Shown: piece by piece, positions 37,784 to 49,600 of the stretch | Position numbering within the stretch: the stretch's first letter is position 1 | How the letters are laid out: every line of letters starts with the position of its first letter | Source of the DNA: Podarcis muralis | Taxonomy: Eukaryota | Reading direction: 5' to 3' | Assembly (NCBI RefSeq): GCF_964188315.1 | Contig: NC_135667.1 | Location: 12,152,001 to 12,216,000, forward strand | Length of the DNA: 64,000 bases | Position numbers and translations under genes: made by a program | The notes under the pieces: model-generated | Databases searched by the model: none | Seen by the model: only the letters and a program-made list of their open reading frames with translations | What the model was told of the DNA's origin: nothing

Positions 37784-40700
37784 ATGGAAGTTCTTTTTCT
37801 CGTTCCTGTGCTAGGTATGTCTTGCTACTTTCTGATAACCCCAGCCTCTGGTCCTGCTCTGCTCTGTTCTGTCCACTTACCATATCTGAATAGAGAAGCA
37901 TTGGCAAGAATGAGCGATAACAGCAGCAACAAACACACCAGCTGCCTCAGAGGAAAAGGGTGTGGGCAGTGGTGCCTTGTATAGTTGCATGCTTAAAACT
38001 CATCAGTGTGGCCAGGCGAGAGTGTGTGTGTGTAATGTAAATTGATGTATAATTAATCTGAGCTACTGATTTGTGATGCATTTTGTACTTATTTCAGGAA
38101 TGAAATGTTATTGTTGTTTTTTTGTTTTTCACCACTACAATGATTTATTTTCTTTAATGTTGGCTGTATATTATTTTTTTTGGCGAACAAATACATTGCC
38201 CAAGACATGATCTTAAGCAGTGGTCTTCAACTAGTCCAGAAAGAAAAATCCGAGCCAGGAACATGGGGCCAGCTTTCACATGTTCATTTCTTATTTATAC
38301 TTTGTAGTATCCTCTCTTTGATTTCTGGAGGTTTTCTCTTGAATTAACCTGTGGCTTATATAGAGCAAGAGGAAAAGTCATTGTCCGCATTTATGCTTGC
38401 ATTATGTTGTCACTTACGGTCATCTCAACTTTCACAATCTTCCTGTTTCCTCTTCCTCTCCACTCATACTGTTTTCTACATTCTCTCTACCTTCTCAAAC
38501 TTTTCTGTACTTCAGCCTTCTACTTCAATTCACCTGCTCATTGTTGCCTTTTTATCTCCCTCTTCTTCCTTTGCTCACTTTCTTCCATCTTGTGTCATCT
38601 TCAATGCTGCCTTTAATTCACCTCTCTGTCATTTAGGTCCTCTCCTAATATCAGCTTTCTTGAAATAAAAATGCACAGGGTTTCTGGGAAAGTTCATCAC
38701 CCTCAGCACCCAATACAGACGCCAGTTGCTATTTGTTGCTCCTTGGTTGACGTTTGAGGAAACTTCCCAGATTCTGCTATACTGAAGCATCATATTCTTG
38801 TAGTTCCATAACAAACAAACAAAACGCTTTTCTTTCTTTTTTTTTCTTTTTCTATATAATGCCATTTTATAATTCTTTTTAAAAGCAACTAAATAAAACT
38901 AACCTTCATTCCAAATCAACACTGAAATATTAAAGATGCAAACTTACTTGAGAACAGGTCCAATTAAAATAAATGGGCCTTACTTCTGAGTAGACATGCA
39001 TAGGATTTGTATGTTAATTAAATTATGATTAACTAAGGTTCTCTCTCCCTGGTCAGCTGCATTTCCTTTCCCTTTCCTGCAGGTTTTGTTTTCTTCTTGA
39101 CATCTTCTGTGGCTGCCTTTTTCCCCCCTTTCTCACAATTGCCGGTCTGCCTGCCCTCTCCATGTATCAACTTTCCTGAACTCAGATGTACAGAAAATAA
39201 ATCTGATTTTTTCTCTCTCTCAGTACCCTCAGAACGTAATACAGGCAGAAGTGGAGAGGGGAGGAGATATAAAAACCTCCACAGGACTGAACATAGGTAG
39301 AGCTCAGACATAGCTACACAAACCAACAAACACATTTCATCTTATCCAGTATTTTAGGCATGTTTGCCCATTAAGTTCAGCTAGAATCCCCACACCATTT
39401 TCCTCCAGCCCAATCCTTCTGTTCCAAGCAAATAGAAGTCATTGAATAGCAGTCCTTACTGGTGAATAAACCCTCACATCTCTAGACTCGGGGCTGCCTG
39501 GATTCATTCCTCCCTGAGTGTTTCACCACCAACAGCTGCAGCCATTCCAGCGCTTCTTTTCTATGCAGAGGAGTCCAGTGGCTTCCAGGCTTCACAACAC
39601 AACCAGCTTTATGTGATTCAGTGAGGCTGCAATAGTCAGGTAAATAGCCTCTTCTCAAGCCAGGCAGGGTGTTTCCACTATGTGGGAGCATGGCTGGGCT
39701 GGTGCGAAATGAGGAGGGAACTCTCTCACATAACATACCTTCCAAATGCCCTGGAAAAAGAGACACATCCCGTAGTTTCTCACACAACCTCTGCGGCCAT
39801 TTTGGGTGTCGTGATCTGTCATGCTCTCACCTCAAAGAAACACTTTTCCCAGGGCCACGACCCCACACAGCTCCCCAAAACTCATGCTTTGGAGGCACTG
39901 TACAATATCTCACGAGGCGCATGTCATGTGAGTCTCCCAGGAACAGGTCCTGGAAGATGCACATTCCAGTTTTGCATCGGAAGAAGTTGGAAGGTAAGAC
40001 ATAAGAAAGAGGAATAAAAAACTGCAGCCTCCAGGTTGGACTGAAGGGTTTGCGTGGTGATGGCAGTTTTTCTGTGACCCGCCTGGCATGGCCATGCAGC
40101 CAACCTGTGGGTACAGACCCATTGGCTGAAGACCGAAGCCTAAGGTCTTCTTGAAGCTATGCAGGTCTGGGGTCTGGTCAATGCTTGGATGGGAGCCTAC
40201 CTAATACATATGCTCCCTTGAGGCAAATATAACATGTAAATAATCTTCAGATCAAATCAGTTCAAACTTCCAGGCCTATTTAACCAGTTCCATCCCTCCT
40301 TTTTTATTTCTCTCTTTCAGTTTTCCTGCATCTTGTTCCGCAGCCAGCGTCATCTGCAGGTAACATTCCAACTTCTTCCCAGTGAGTTGTTTATGTGGAG
40401 AAGACCAGAGTGTCTGTAGAGAAGAATCCTTGTCTCTTTTGTGCTGTTGTTTAGCAACCCAGCACCCCCTCCAGCTGCTTTGTGGTTCCCCCAAGTATGC
40501 TAGTAACTTCACTCTTATACATGGGTACTTTCCAGGAGCAAACTGTACCACACTTAACAAATCCCAGTGCCACCTCCTTTTGCATCACTACTGCGTATTA
40601 TAAAAGCGAAGTCACCCTCCAAGTGTGAATCCTTATGTAGGTAAAATGAAACATATACCCATGTTTAGGAGCAAAGTTCCTGGCATGCTTGGGGAAAACT

Positions 40701-43700
40701 GCAAGGATTGCAGAACTACAAATATATATATATTTAGGAGGGGAGGGGGTGGAATGAAAAGTCCTCAAACAGAGCTGGGCTGAATAAGACAGTTTGCAGA
40801 AACACAGAGAATAAATTTTAAAAGTATGTGGGGTGGGATGGAGTAACCTGGAACAGGGCAAGGCTAAAACAGAGCACCCCACACTGTGACAGTTCGTTTC
40901 AGGTTCCACTTGTTTGCCTGCCACTGAGATCCCTCTGCTTTTCTTCCAGGATCTCTCCCTCCCCCCAAACTCTCGGTACAGACAAATTATCCTGAATACT
41001 TTGAAGGCGAGAGGGTTGTGCTCATATGCTCAGCTTTCCTAAACAGGACGGTGGAGGGATACAGGTTCTTCAATCAGGATGGGCAACAAATTCTCAAAAT
41101 GGCTGCCGACCCTTATCAAAAGGGCAGACTGTTTTTTAGGGCTGAAATGAGCAAGATGGGAAATTACAGCTGTGATTACTGGATGGGGAAAGCTAATACA
41201 GAGGTCACATCTGCCCGAAGCAACTCCATCTCCCTACAAGTGAAAGGTAGGTTTCTAGTTCCTGGGACGTTGGTGGCCTGTTCCAATGAAAATTTAAGGG
41301 ATTGACTGTCCAATTCATTTTCTTCTCCTCTGCCACTTGCTACATCTGTCACCCCCAATTTGATGTCCTCTGACACCCCTCTTGATGACTGACAAGGGCC
41401 CATGCCCTCCCAGTTTTATCATTCTTTCTTTTTTAAGTGGGTTGTTTGGTTGGGGTGTCCTCATTGCTAGCCGGTGGCCTGTTTCTTTAGTTTGTGCTTT
41501 ATTTGTTTTGGTACATATGTAGATATTTTGCATGGCTTTTTGGGGGGTTATAGAGTTTCTAGACATTGTTCCTCCCCTGGGAAATGTGATTTGCTGTTGT
41601 TGTTGTTGCTCATGACTAAGAAATTGTCATTTCCCAATGTGAGCCTGGACCCAGAAAGTCTGGGGACCCCAGTGTTAGAAATCTACAGCCTTGCTCATGG
41701 CGGAGTAAAGGTAAAGGTAAAGGTACCCCTGACCATTAGGTCCAGTCGCGGACAACTCTGGGGTTGTGCGCTCATCTCGCTCTATAGGCCGAGGGAGCCG
41801 GCATTTGTCCGCAGACAGCTTCTGGGTCATGAGGCCAGCATGACTAAGCTGCTTCTGGAGAACCAGAGCAGTGCACGAAAACACCATTTACATTCCTGCC
41901 AGAGAGGTACCTATTTATCTACTGGCACTTGACATGCGTTTGAACTGCTAGGAGGGCAAGAGCTGGGACTGAACAATGGGAGCTCACCCCGTCGTGGGGA
42001 TTTGAACTGCTGACCTTCCGATCGGCAAGCCCTACCTAGGCTTTGTGGTTTAGACCACAGCGCCATCCTCATCCCAGGGCGGGGTAGGGGTGGATAACTA
42101 TGCAGAATACAAATGACATGATTAGCAAATCACAGCTTTAAAATAAAGAACAAAATAAATGCCTTGGGTGGGAGGTGGCAGCCATCAGCTTAATCTTTCC
42201 CTCCCTAGAAACAATCTCAGCAAAAATCAGGCAAACACACATATAAGGTGCTACTGGAAGGAATTTTTTTTGTTTTGACTATGGCAGACCAACACAGCTA
42301 CCTATCTGTAACACATATACGCTATTAGCTTTCGGGTGGGGGAACCTCTCACTGTTATGTAACACACTATACGGAGGACCCTTTCTGTACTTTTGTAGCC
42401 CCGAAAGTGTAGAATGAACAAACGTATTGCAAATGCACTCATTTGCTGCAATAATAATAATAATAATAACCTTTTGGGAAAATTATAGCTTCAGGTGGCT
42501 ATTTTCAGCAGAAAAAAACAGTGCAGAAGTGTTGTGCCTGCAAGTTGCCCGCATCAATATGATGAAGGGGAGGAAGCTCTGCTGTATATATATCTGCTTC
42601 TCTAACCGGAACAATCTCTCAACAGCTCAATGGCCTTCTGCACACTGAGTATGACTTAGTTGAACATCAGCCCTTTTTTATGTTTTCAATTTTTTTACTG
42701 TAGAGAAGAGAAACCGAGTTTGCAGGAAGTTTCCCAAAGAAAAAATGTTTAGGCAATTACTTTCATTCTTAGTTATCAGTTTTGGGGAAAAGAAACTAAA
42801 CTTGTTGGGAAAATGTGGAAAGGAGCAGCAAAACCACTAAGTGGCAGCAAAGGCTAGGTTATGCAACCTGAACGCTCCTTTTGACTCTTTTCCTGCTAAG
42901 CTTCAAATTCAAATTTCCGGGTTGTTTCCAACTATTTAATGAGCCCAAATGAGCCGTGTTAATTAGCTATTCTGAGTAGTACTAGCGTTGAATAAAACCC
43001 TCAGATCCCTTTCATCGTATGTACAAAGTTGGATAGGAACATTTTAGTGCAACTCTGAGACAGGAGTGAGAACATGTTGGGAATGTGGGCTTGGGAGAAC
43101 ACATCTTTGTTTGGAGTTCTATCCTGGCATGTGATACCCAAAATCCTCCTGACACAGTGCATGTGGAAGGCGTTGTGGCCTTCTGCTGACAGCTGTAAGT
43201 TGCCCATGGCTCACTTCCAAAAAGCACCAAGCCTGATAGACCTTTATCTTGATATTGGATGCTAGCATCACGTTCTCCCATACCCTTTTGGAGAGGTGAG
43301 CCATTGCCAATACACTGATTATGGTGGAACCCAGCACTGTCTACCATCTCAAGTGTGTGGTCACCAGTGCTGATACATGGAGTGCTGGCGACATCCTGAC
43401 CCAAGACATTGGGCTTTATCTGCGTCTTTAGGCACACTTTGTCGTAATCTATGTATTTTTGTGCTTGGGACGCGGATGGCGCTGTGGGTAAAACTGCAGT
43501 GTCTAGGACTTGCCGATCATATGGTCGGCGGTTCGAATCCCCGCGGCGGGGTGAGCTCCCGTCGTTCAGTCCCAGCTCCTGCCCACCTAGCAGTTCGAAA
43601 GCACCCTTAAGTGCAAGTAGATAAATAGGGACCGCTTTATAGCGGGAAGGTAAACGGCGTTTCCGTGAGCTGCGCTGGTGCAGGCTCGCCAGAGCAGCGT

Positions 43701-45855
43701 TGTCACACTAGCCACGTGACCCGGAAGTGTCCTCGGACGGCGCTGGCTCCTGGCCTCTAGAGTGAGATGAGCGCACAACCCCAGAGTCGGACACGACTGG
43801 CCTTCGGGCAGGGGTACCTTTACCTTTACCTTTATGTATTTTTGTACACATCTCTTGGCTACAGAACCGCATTTCAAAATTCAGAGAAGTGTGGCTGTGT
43901 TTTAGTTTTTCTGTCAAATCAGTTAGGTTCACCTTTATTTTTATTTATTTTTTAAAATGTTTTTATTAGCAATTTCAACATAACAACATATCAAAACATA
44001 TCATATTCATTATTTCCCCCTCCCCCCCCGAGACTTACCTCAGCTCCTCTCTCTGATTTCTCAACCCATATTATTCTCTGCATGTTATAAAATTATACAA
44101 ATCCTCACATTATCTATCTACCATGTTATCAATCAATAAATTTGTGTATGTTTATTCAAAACCTGCCAAGGAGTCCAATTCATTTTGTTGTCTTTTTAAG
44201 TAATTTGTGACAAGTTCCCATTCTTCTTTAAAGTCACAGTTGTCCTTATCTCACAGTTTGTATGTCAGTTTGGCCAGTTCTGCATAGTTCATAATTCAGA
44301 GAAGTGTGGCTGTGTTTTAGTTTTTCTGCCATTTTAGAAAGTGCAAATCAGCCAGGTTCGCCTTTAAATGGGAACTAAATCACATTTCTCCTCCATCCTT
44401 CAATTATTTCATTGCAAGCCTAAAATCTGATGTCTAAAAATGCTTCCCTGCCCTCACCCTATCTCTCTCTCTTCCCACCCTCTCTCTCCACCCACCCAAC
44501 CATTGCAAGCATACTTCAGGGTGGAGGAGTTTAGCTAGCCTCTGTCTCTGTGTTACACGAAGCAATCTCAACCCTGGGTGTTTATCTTTCTTTCCCAGAA
44601 GCCCCAGAAGCCCCCTCCCTCTCTTTAAACCCAAGCCTCCTTGAGTACAACCTGGGAGATAATGTCAGCCTTGTGTGCTCAGCTCCGCCTGAAAGAAAGG
44701 AAGTCAAGGAGTTCCAGTTCTATAGCGACAAAGAGGAAATATCAGTTGTGCCTCCATATGGCAACGTCTACACTCACAACATGAGCATCATGGAACCCAA
44801 AGATGTGGGAAGCTTCATGTGTGGTTACGTAGTGGACCTCTCTGGAAGAAAAGTTATTTCAAAGAAGAGTAATTCTGTCACCATTGCTCAAACNNNNNNN
44901 NNNNNNNNNNNNNNNNNNNNNNNNNNNNNNNNNNNNNNNNNNNNNNNNNNNNNNNNNNNNNNNNNNNNNNNNNNNNNNNNNNNNNNNNNNNNNNNNNNNN
45001 NNNNNNNNNNNNNNNNNNNNNNNNNNNNNNNNNNNNNNNNNNNNNCCTTTAGCCAATAAAGGCTCTCAGGGCTGCTGGGGGGGGGGAATCAATATTAAGA
45101 TGGGCCCTGCTCTCAGACTTACAATCCAAAAATAAAAAGAGACAACATGCAAAGAAAAAGGGAGTCAGAGGGAGAAGGAAAATACAAGCTGAAGTAAAGG
45201 TTCTTAAATTTGCAGATCTTATTGCGCAGTTAACAAAAGGAATTCTTCACTGGTGGCTCCTTGTTGTCTTCTCATTGATAAAGAACATGCTTTGTTTTGA
45301 AGCACTCTTCCTCCATAGATCACATGTGAGAGCAGAGTCAATGCCCAGCCAGGAGGGTAGGGCAGCTTCTACCACAGACATGCTGCTTGAGTTGCATCTG
45401 ACAATCCCCACTGGAAATGGTTCCTTCCATCACAGATGCACAAACCTTTGACTGGATTTTTCCAGCTGGCCGTGGGGGAAGCAGGGAGTGGGGCAATGCT
45501 ATCTCTCTTGCAAACCTATCTTCCATAGATTTGGTTGCGAGATCAGGAATTGATAAGAAAGGTAAATCACATGGCGAGATTCTGTAGAAATAACACTCGG
45601 AGAGTCTGTCAAAATGACTAAGAAGCATTAGGTGGTCCAAACCAATATCCACAAACTCTTATCTGATTCTGAATAAGAGAACCCAACTTCGGTGAAATGT
45701 GGCATCTTTTCATTACACTCTGTAACCAGAAACTCTTTTTCTTAGTCAACGGGAACTTAGACAACTTTTCCAGCTGGAAACGGATGGCGGCCATTGGTGG
45801 CTCCTTCTTCACCATCAACAGCCTCATCTTCCTCATCTCCCATTTGTGTTTTTAA
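37784..45855 (+). CDS. Two-Ig-domain, tail-less FcR/LRC-like receptor, copy 1 (~252 aa)
   Basis: Exons 37784-37814 (MEVLFLVPVL), 40321-40359 (39-nt mini-exon VFLHLVPQPASSA), 40950-41246 (Ig D1), 44599-~44895 (Ig D2, last bases in N gap), 45761(or 45746)-45855 (hydrophobic segment plus TAA). All junctions phase 1; visible splice sites are GT-AG and mirrored in copy 2. Confidence 0.82.
41704..42075 (-). mobile_element. Sauria SINE
   Basis: Reverse-complement (ACCTTT)n tail and GGGATGAGGATGGCGCTGTGG 5' end. Confidence 0.9.
43040..43400 (-). mobile_element. Degenerate RTE-clade LINE fragment
   Basis: Translation HNAFHMHCVRRILGITCQDRTPNKDVFSQAHIPNMFSLLSQ resembles the RTE post-RT region. Confidence 0.7.
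43467..43832 (+). mobile_element. Sauria SINE, full length
   Basis: GGGACGCGG..GGCGCTGTGG 5' end, GGTTCGAATCC B box, (ACCTTT)n tail, 13-bp TSD TATGTATTTTTGT at 43450-43462 and 43833-43845. Confidence 0.95.
43938..44292 (-). mobile_element. L1 LINE 3' fragment
   Basis: Minus-strand translation MNYAELAKLT...FKEEWE resembles the squamate L1 ORF2 C-terminus; A-rich tail at ~43938-43960. Confidence 0.7.
44894..45045. other. Assembly gap
   Basis: Run of N covering the D2 splice donor of Ig gene copy 1. Confidence 1.
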
Positions 45856-46288
45856 ACCACAGGTAAGTGAAAAGAGTAAACATTTCCTTTCGAACATGTA
45901 CTTTGGAGCACGTGTGGCCCAATACATTTTTTGGGTTTAAGGGTTTAAGATGATTCAGTTTCACTGAAACCCACTGTGGTGTTAGATGTGTGATGGTGAG
46001 GCTTCCGAGACTTGAGCCTTCCATCATGCAAAGCAGAGATGAGAAACCGTCGCTGGACTATGTCCCCTACCATCCCAGATTATTGGCTTTGCTAGCTGTT
46101 GAAGTCCAGCAACATCTGGGTGGCAACAGGTTATTCATCCCTGATTGAGCCCAGAGTTGTCTTCCTTGATTGGCCATGACATTCCAGATCACTTTCTCAC
46201 CACCTGTGGAGGCTGCGGGGAGTGGGGGCATTGCCTCTGAGGCAAAGGATCAGGATCATGACATAGGGATAGTTATATCTAAACCATT

Positions 46289-46632
46289 GGGACGTGGGTG
46301 GTGCTGTGGGTTAAACCACAGAGCCTAGGACTTGCCAATCAGAAGGTCGCGGTTCGAATCCCCGCGATGGGGTGAGCTCCCGTTTCTCGGTCCCTGCTCC
46401 TGCCCACCTAGCAGTTCGAAAGCATTTCAAAGTGCAAGTAGATAAATAGGTACCGCTCCGGTGGGAAGGTAAACGGCATTTCCGTGTGCTGTTCTGGTTC
46501 ACCAGAAGCGGCTTAGTCCTGCTGGCCACATGACCCGGAAGCTGTACGCCAGCTCCCTCGGCCAATAAAGCAAGATGAGCACCGCAACCCCAGAGTTGGT
46601 CACGACCTAATGGTCAGGGGTCCCTTTACCTT
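46289..46632 (+). mobile_element. Sauria SINE
   Basis: Same hallmarks as the other copies; 5' TSD TATATCTAAACCA at 46274-46286, with the 3' TSD split by the LINE below. Confidence 0.92.
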
Positions 46633-46640
46633 TATATCTA

Positions 46641-49600
46641 CCTTTATATTCACCAGTGGACACCGGAGTGGGTCTTCTACCCCAGGAGAAGAGTTATGTG
46701 GCCTCCACTCCCCTAGCAAAGAACAATGACCAACCGAAAAGTGGCATGACACCACCAGAAGAGATCGAACTCATTGCCTCCTTTGCTGATTTACCAGTGG
46801 TGGAACAAAAAGAAATGATTAATAGACTGGAATCGCTTAAAACCCAACTTATTAGGAAGCTCAGCACCAGAATACTCACGTACAGCGAACATGACTCCCT
46901 AGAAGAACCAGATCATATGGATCTCTCAATAGCTAATGCTAAATGTATGTCGGCAATGGAGGATAAGATACAACCCCAAGAAGCAACTACCAGTCCTTCC
47001 CTCCAAGCAGAACAATCCTCTGTGCTCTTAATAGATTTACATGGCCGTCCATTGAAAAACATACCTGAAGAAAGTAGCACACAACAGGAAAAATCCCCTT
47101 CTACACATTCATCGATGCCAGACCTGGAACCTTCATATAGCACTGACCAATCAAGAGAAGAGGTGCCTTTGCAAACCCTCCCAAATAGCCCTCTCGCCCA
47201 GCCTTACGGATTCAACAGCAAGACCAGTGACGGAACTGATTGAAGACCCGACAGGCCACATAAATCAAGTAGCCCAAAAGACCAGTAGCAGGCTACAGAG
47301 AGACCAAACTCCTGACGAGATAGCTGGTCCATCCCGGGTGGCCCACCAAACTCTTTTGGAAAAGGGGTCCGCCCCTGTTCAAAGTCCTACTCCTAGTAGA
47401 TCGAGGGGCCAAGCTCAACAGTCAGATGACCTTGTAAATCCCACTCAGCCTTTACGAGAGGTTTTTCAACAGAGGAAGATAACTGATTTCTTTATTGGCT
47501 CCCCTCTTCCCGCATTAAAGTTGAGCCAATTTTCCGAATGACAGTCAATTGGAGGAACGGGGAAACCCCAGCCTTCAATATTAAGTTGGAACATTGCTGG
47601 TTGGAAAAGTAAAAAATTAGATCCAGAATTCCAAAAATATATTAATTCCTTTCTTATCATACTATTACAAGAAACTTGGGTGGAGGAGGAAATTGAGTTA
47701 AATGGCTTTGAGTTTATATGTCTGCCTGCTAGCCCGTCAACGAATGGTGGCCGCCCTAAAGGTGGCCTTACAATTGGTATCTCCCTCAAACTTTGGGCTA
47801 AACTTTCACTAGTGCATGCATTTCTGCCTTATGCTATTACCGGACTGATCTCTGGTGGAAACTTCTCTTTATTGGTTACAAATGTCTATTTCCCTCCGGG
47901 AGGGTTAGCAGCTGATCTTACTTCTAGATGGGAATCCCTAGAGGATTTTTTACTTTCTTGTTATCTTAAGTATCCCAATGTTCCCTCCATTACTGGAGGC
48001 GATTTTAACGCTCGGATAGCATCAAGTCGGGAGGCTCTTAAAAAGTCTAAGTGGTGGGTTGACCCCGGCGTTCAAACCAACAATCTAGTATACACCCCCA
48101 CTAGAATATCAAAGGATGTAAAAGTCAACAAGGCGGGAGTGATGCTCTATCAGATGACTCTACGCCTTAATTTAATTATATTAAATGGCAGGTGTCCTCC
48201 AGACATACCAGGAGAGTTCACCCACCTGGGGTTAAAATCAAACAGTGTTCTCAACTATGTATTGGTTTCCCGGGATCTATTCTTGAATGTCACCTCTTTT
48301 AAAATTGATAATGCCCAACTTAGTGACCATCTTCCCCTGACAACCAAGTTATGTGTTGACTGGCAGTTGCTCAACCGCTCCCATCCAATCCCGGTGATTG
48401 TGGAGTCGTCCACTAAAATAAAGGGGACTAGATGGTCCCCTGCCCTCGCTCATAGATATATGGATTTTATCCGAGAAAAGTTTTCTGGTGATCAGATGGA
48501 CGTAGGAATAGTCCTGCGTGATCCTATTACCTGTATGAATTGTTTTTCTCGCCTGATAGAAGTTTTAACTCACTTTTTTACTTCTACAACCTATGGAGCT
48601 AAAAACGATTATTTTAAATTTGGCACCCCTTGGTTCAACTCTGCTTGCAAACTAGCCAGACTCCATCTACATACAATATATAATGACTATAAACTTTCCG
48701 GTGCTCCAGCCTTACCTCCATCTTATTCCCTGGCTAAAAAAGCATACAAACAGGCCCAGAAATCGGCCAAACGGGAGTGGCACTTAAATCGTTGGCAGAC
48801 TATAATTTCTGCCTCAAAATCTCATAACTCCCGGAAATTTTGGTCCTTAATAAAGGGAAGAAACACGAAATATCCCTTAACGATGATCCCGGCCCCTACA
48901 TGGGAGCATTTCTTGAGAAAATATTTCTCAGTGGCAGAAGCTCCGGCCACTCATTGGAGACCTTCTAATCCCCTTCCCGTCTGGCCTAATACCGACCCTG
49001 CTGAAATCCTAGAATTGATAGCTGAGCTGAAAACTGGTAAGGCCCCTGGGCCAGATTTGGTCCCTGTTGAGGCTATAAAGCTTCATTCTGCATGGTGGGC
49101 AGGGATTTTAGCTAAAACGTTCGACGCAATAAATGCCACGGGCTTAATACCAGGAACGTGGAAGGAGGCCATTATAATTCCTATCTACAAAAAAGGCCCT
49201 CCCGGTGACCCAGGGAATTATCGGAATATCAGTCTGCTATCGTCCATTGGGAAAATATATGCCCGTTTTTTGCTGGCAAGGCTGATGAAGTGGTCAGTTG
49301 AGGCTGACCTGATTGGACATGAGCAAGCTGGATTTAGATTAAACCGATCCACAACAGACCAGGCAATTATTCTTTATCACTTAGCCCGGAAATACTCGAC
49401 GCCTCGACGGGGCCAACTCTGCGGACCTTTCATAGATCTGAAAGCTGCGTTTGATAGTATTCCGAGGAAATTACTATGGGATAAACTTGCCTGTTGGGGA
49501 ATAGATAGAAGGCTATTGTGGCTTATCTCCCAACTTCATGCCGGGTCCGTGGCCAGGGTGAGATTATCCCCTGCTGGAGATCTGACTAACCCAGTGCCAG

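Noticed and set aside
38351-38668. Hydrophobic ORFs in three frames
   Set aside because: Low-complexity CT-rich intron sequence; hydrophobicity is compositional.
39480-40100. Cluster of ~100-aa ORFs in intron 1 of Ig gene copy 1
   Set aside because: No recognisable domain and no counterpart in copy 2; probably an old unclassified repeat.
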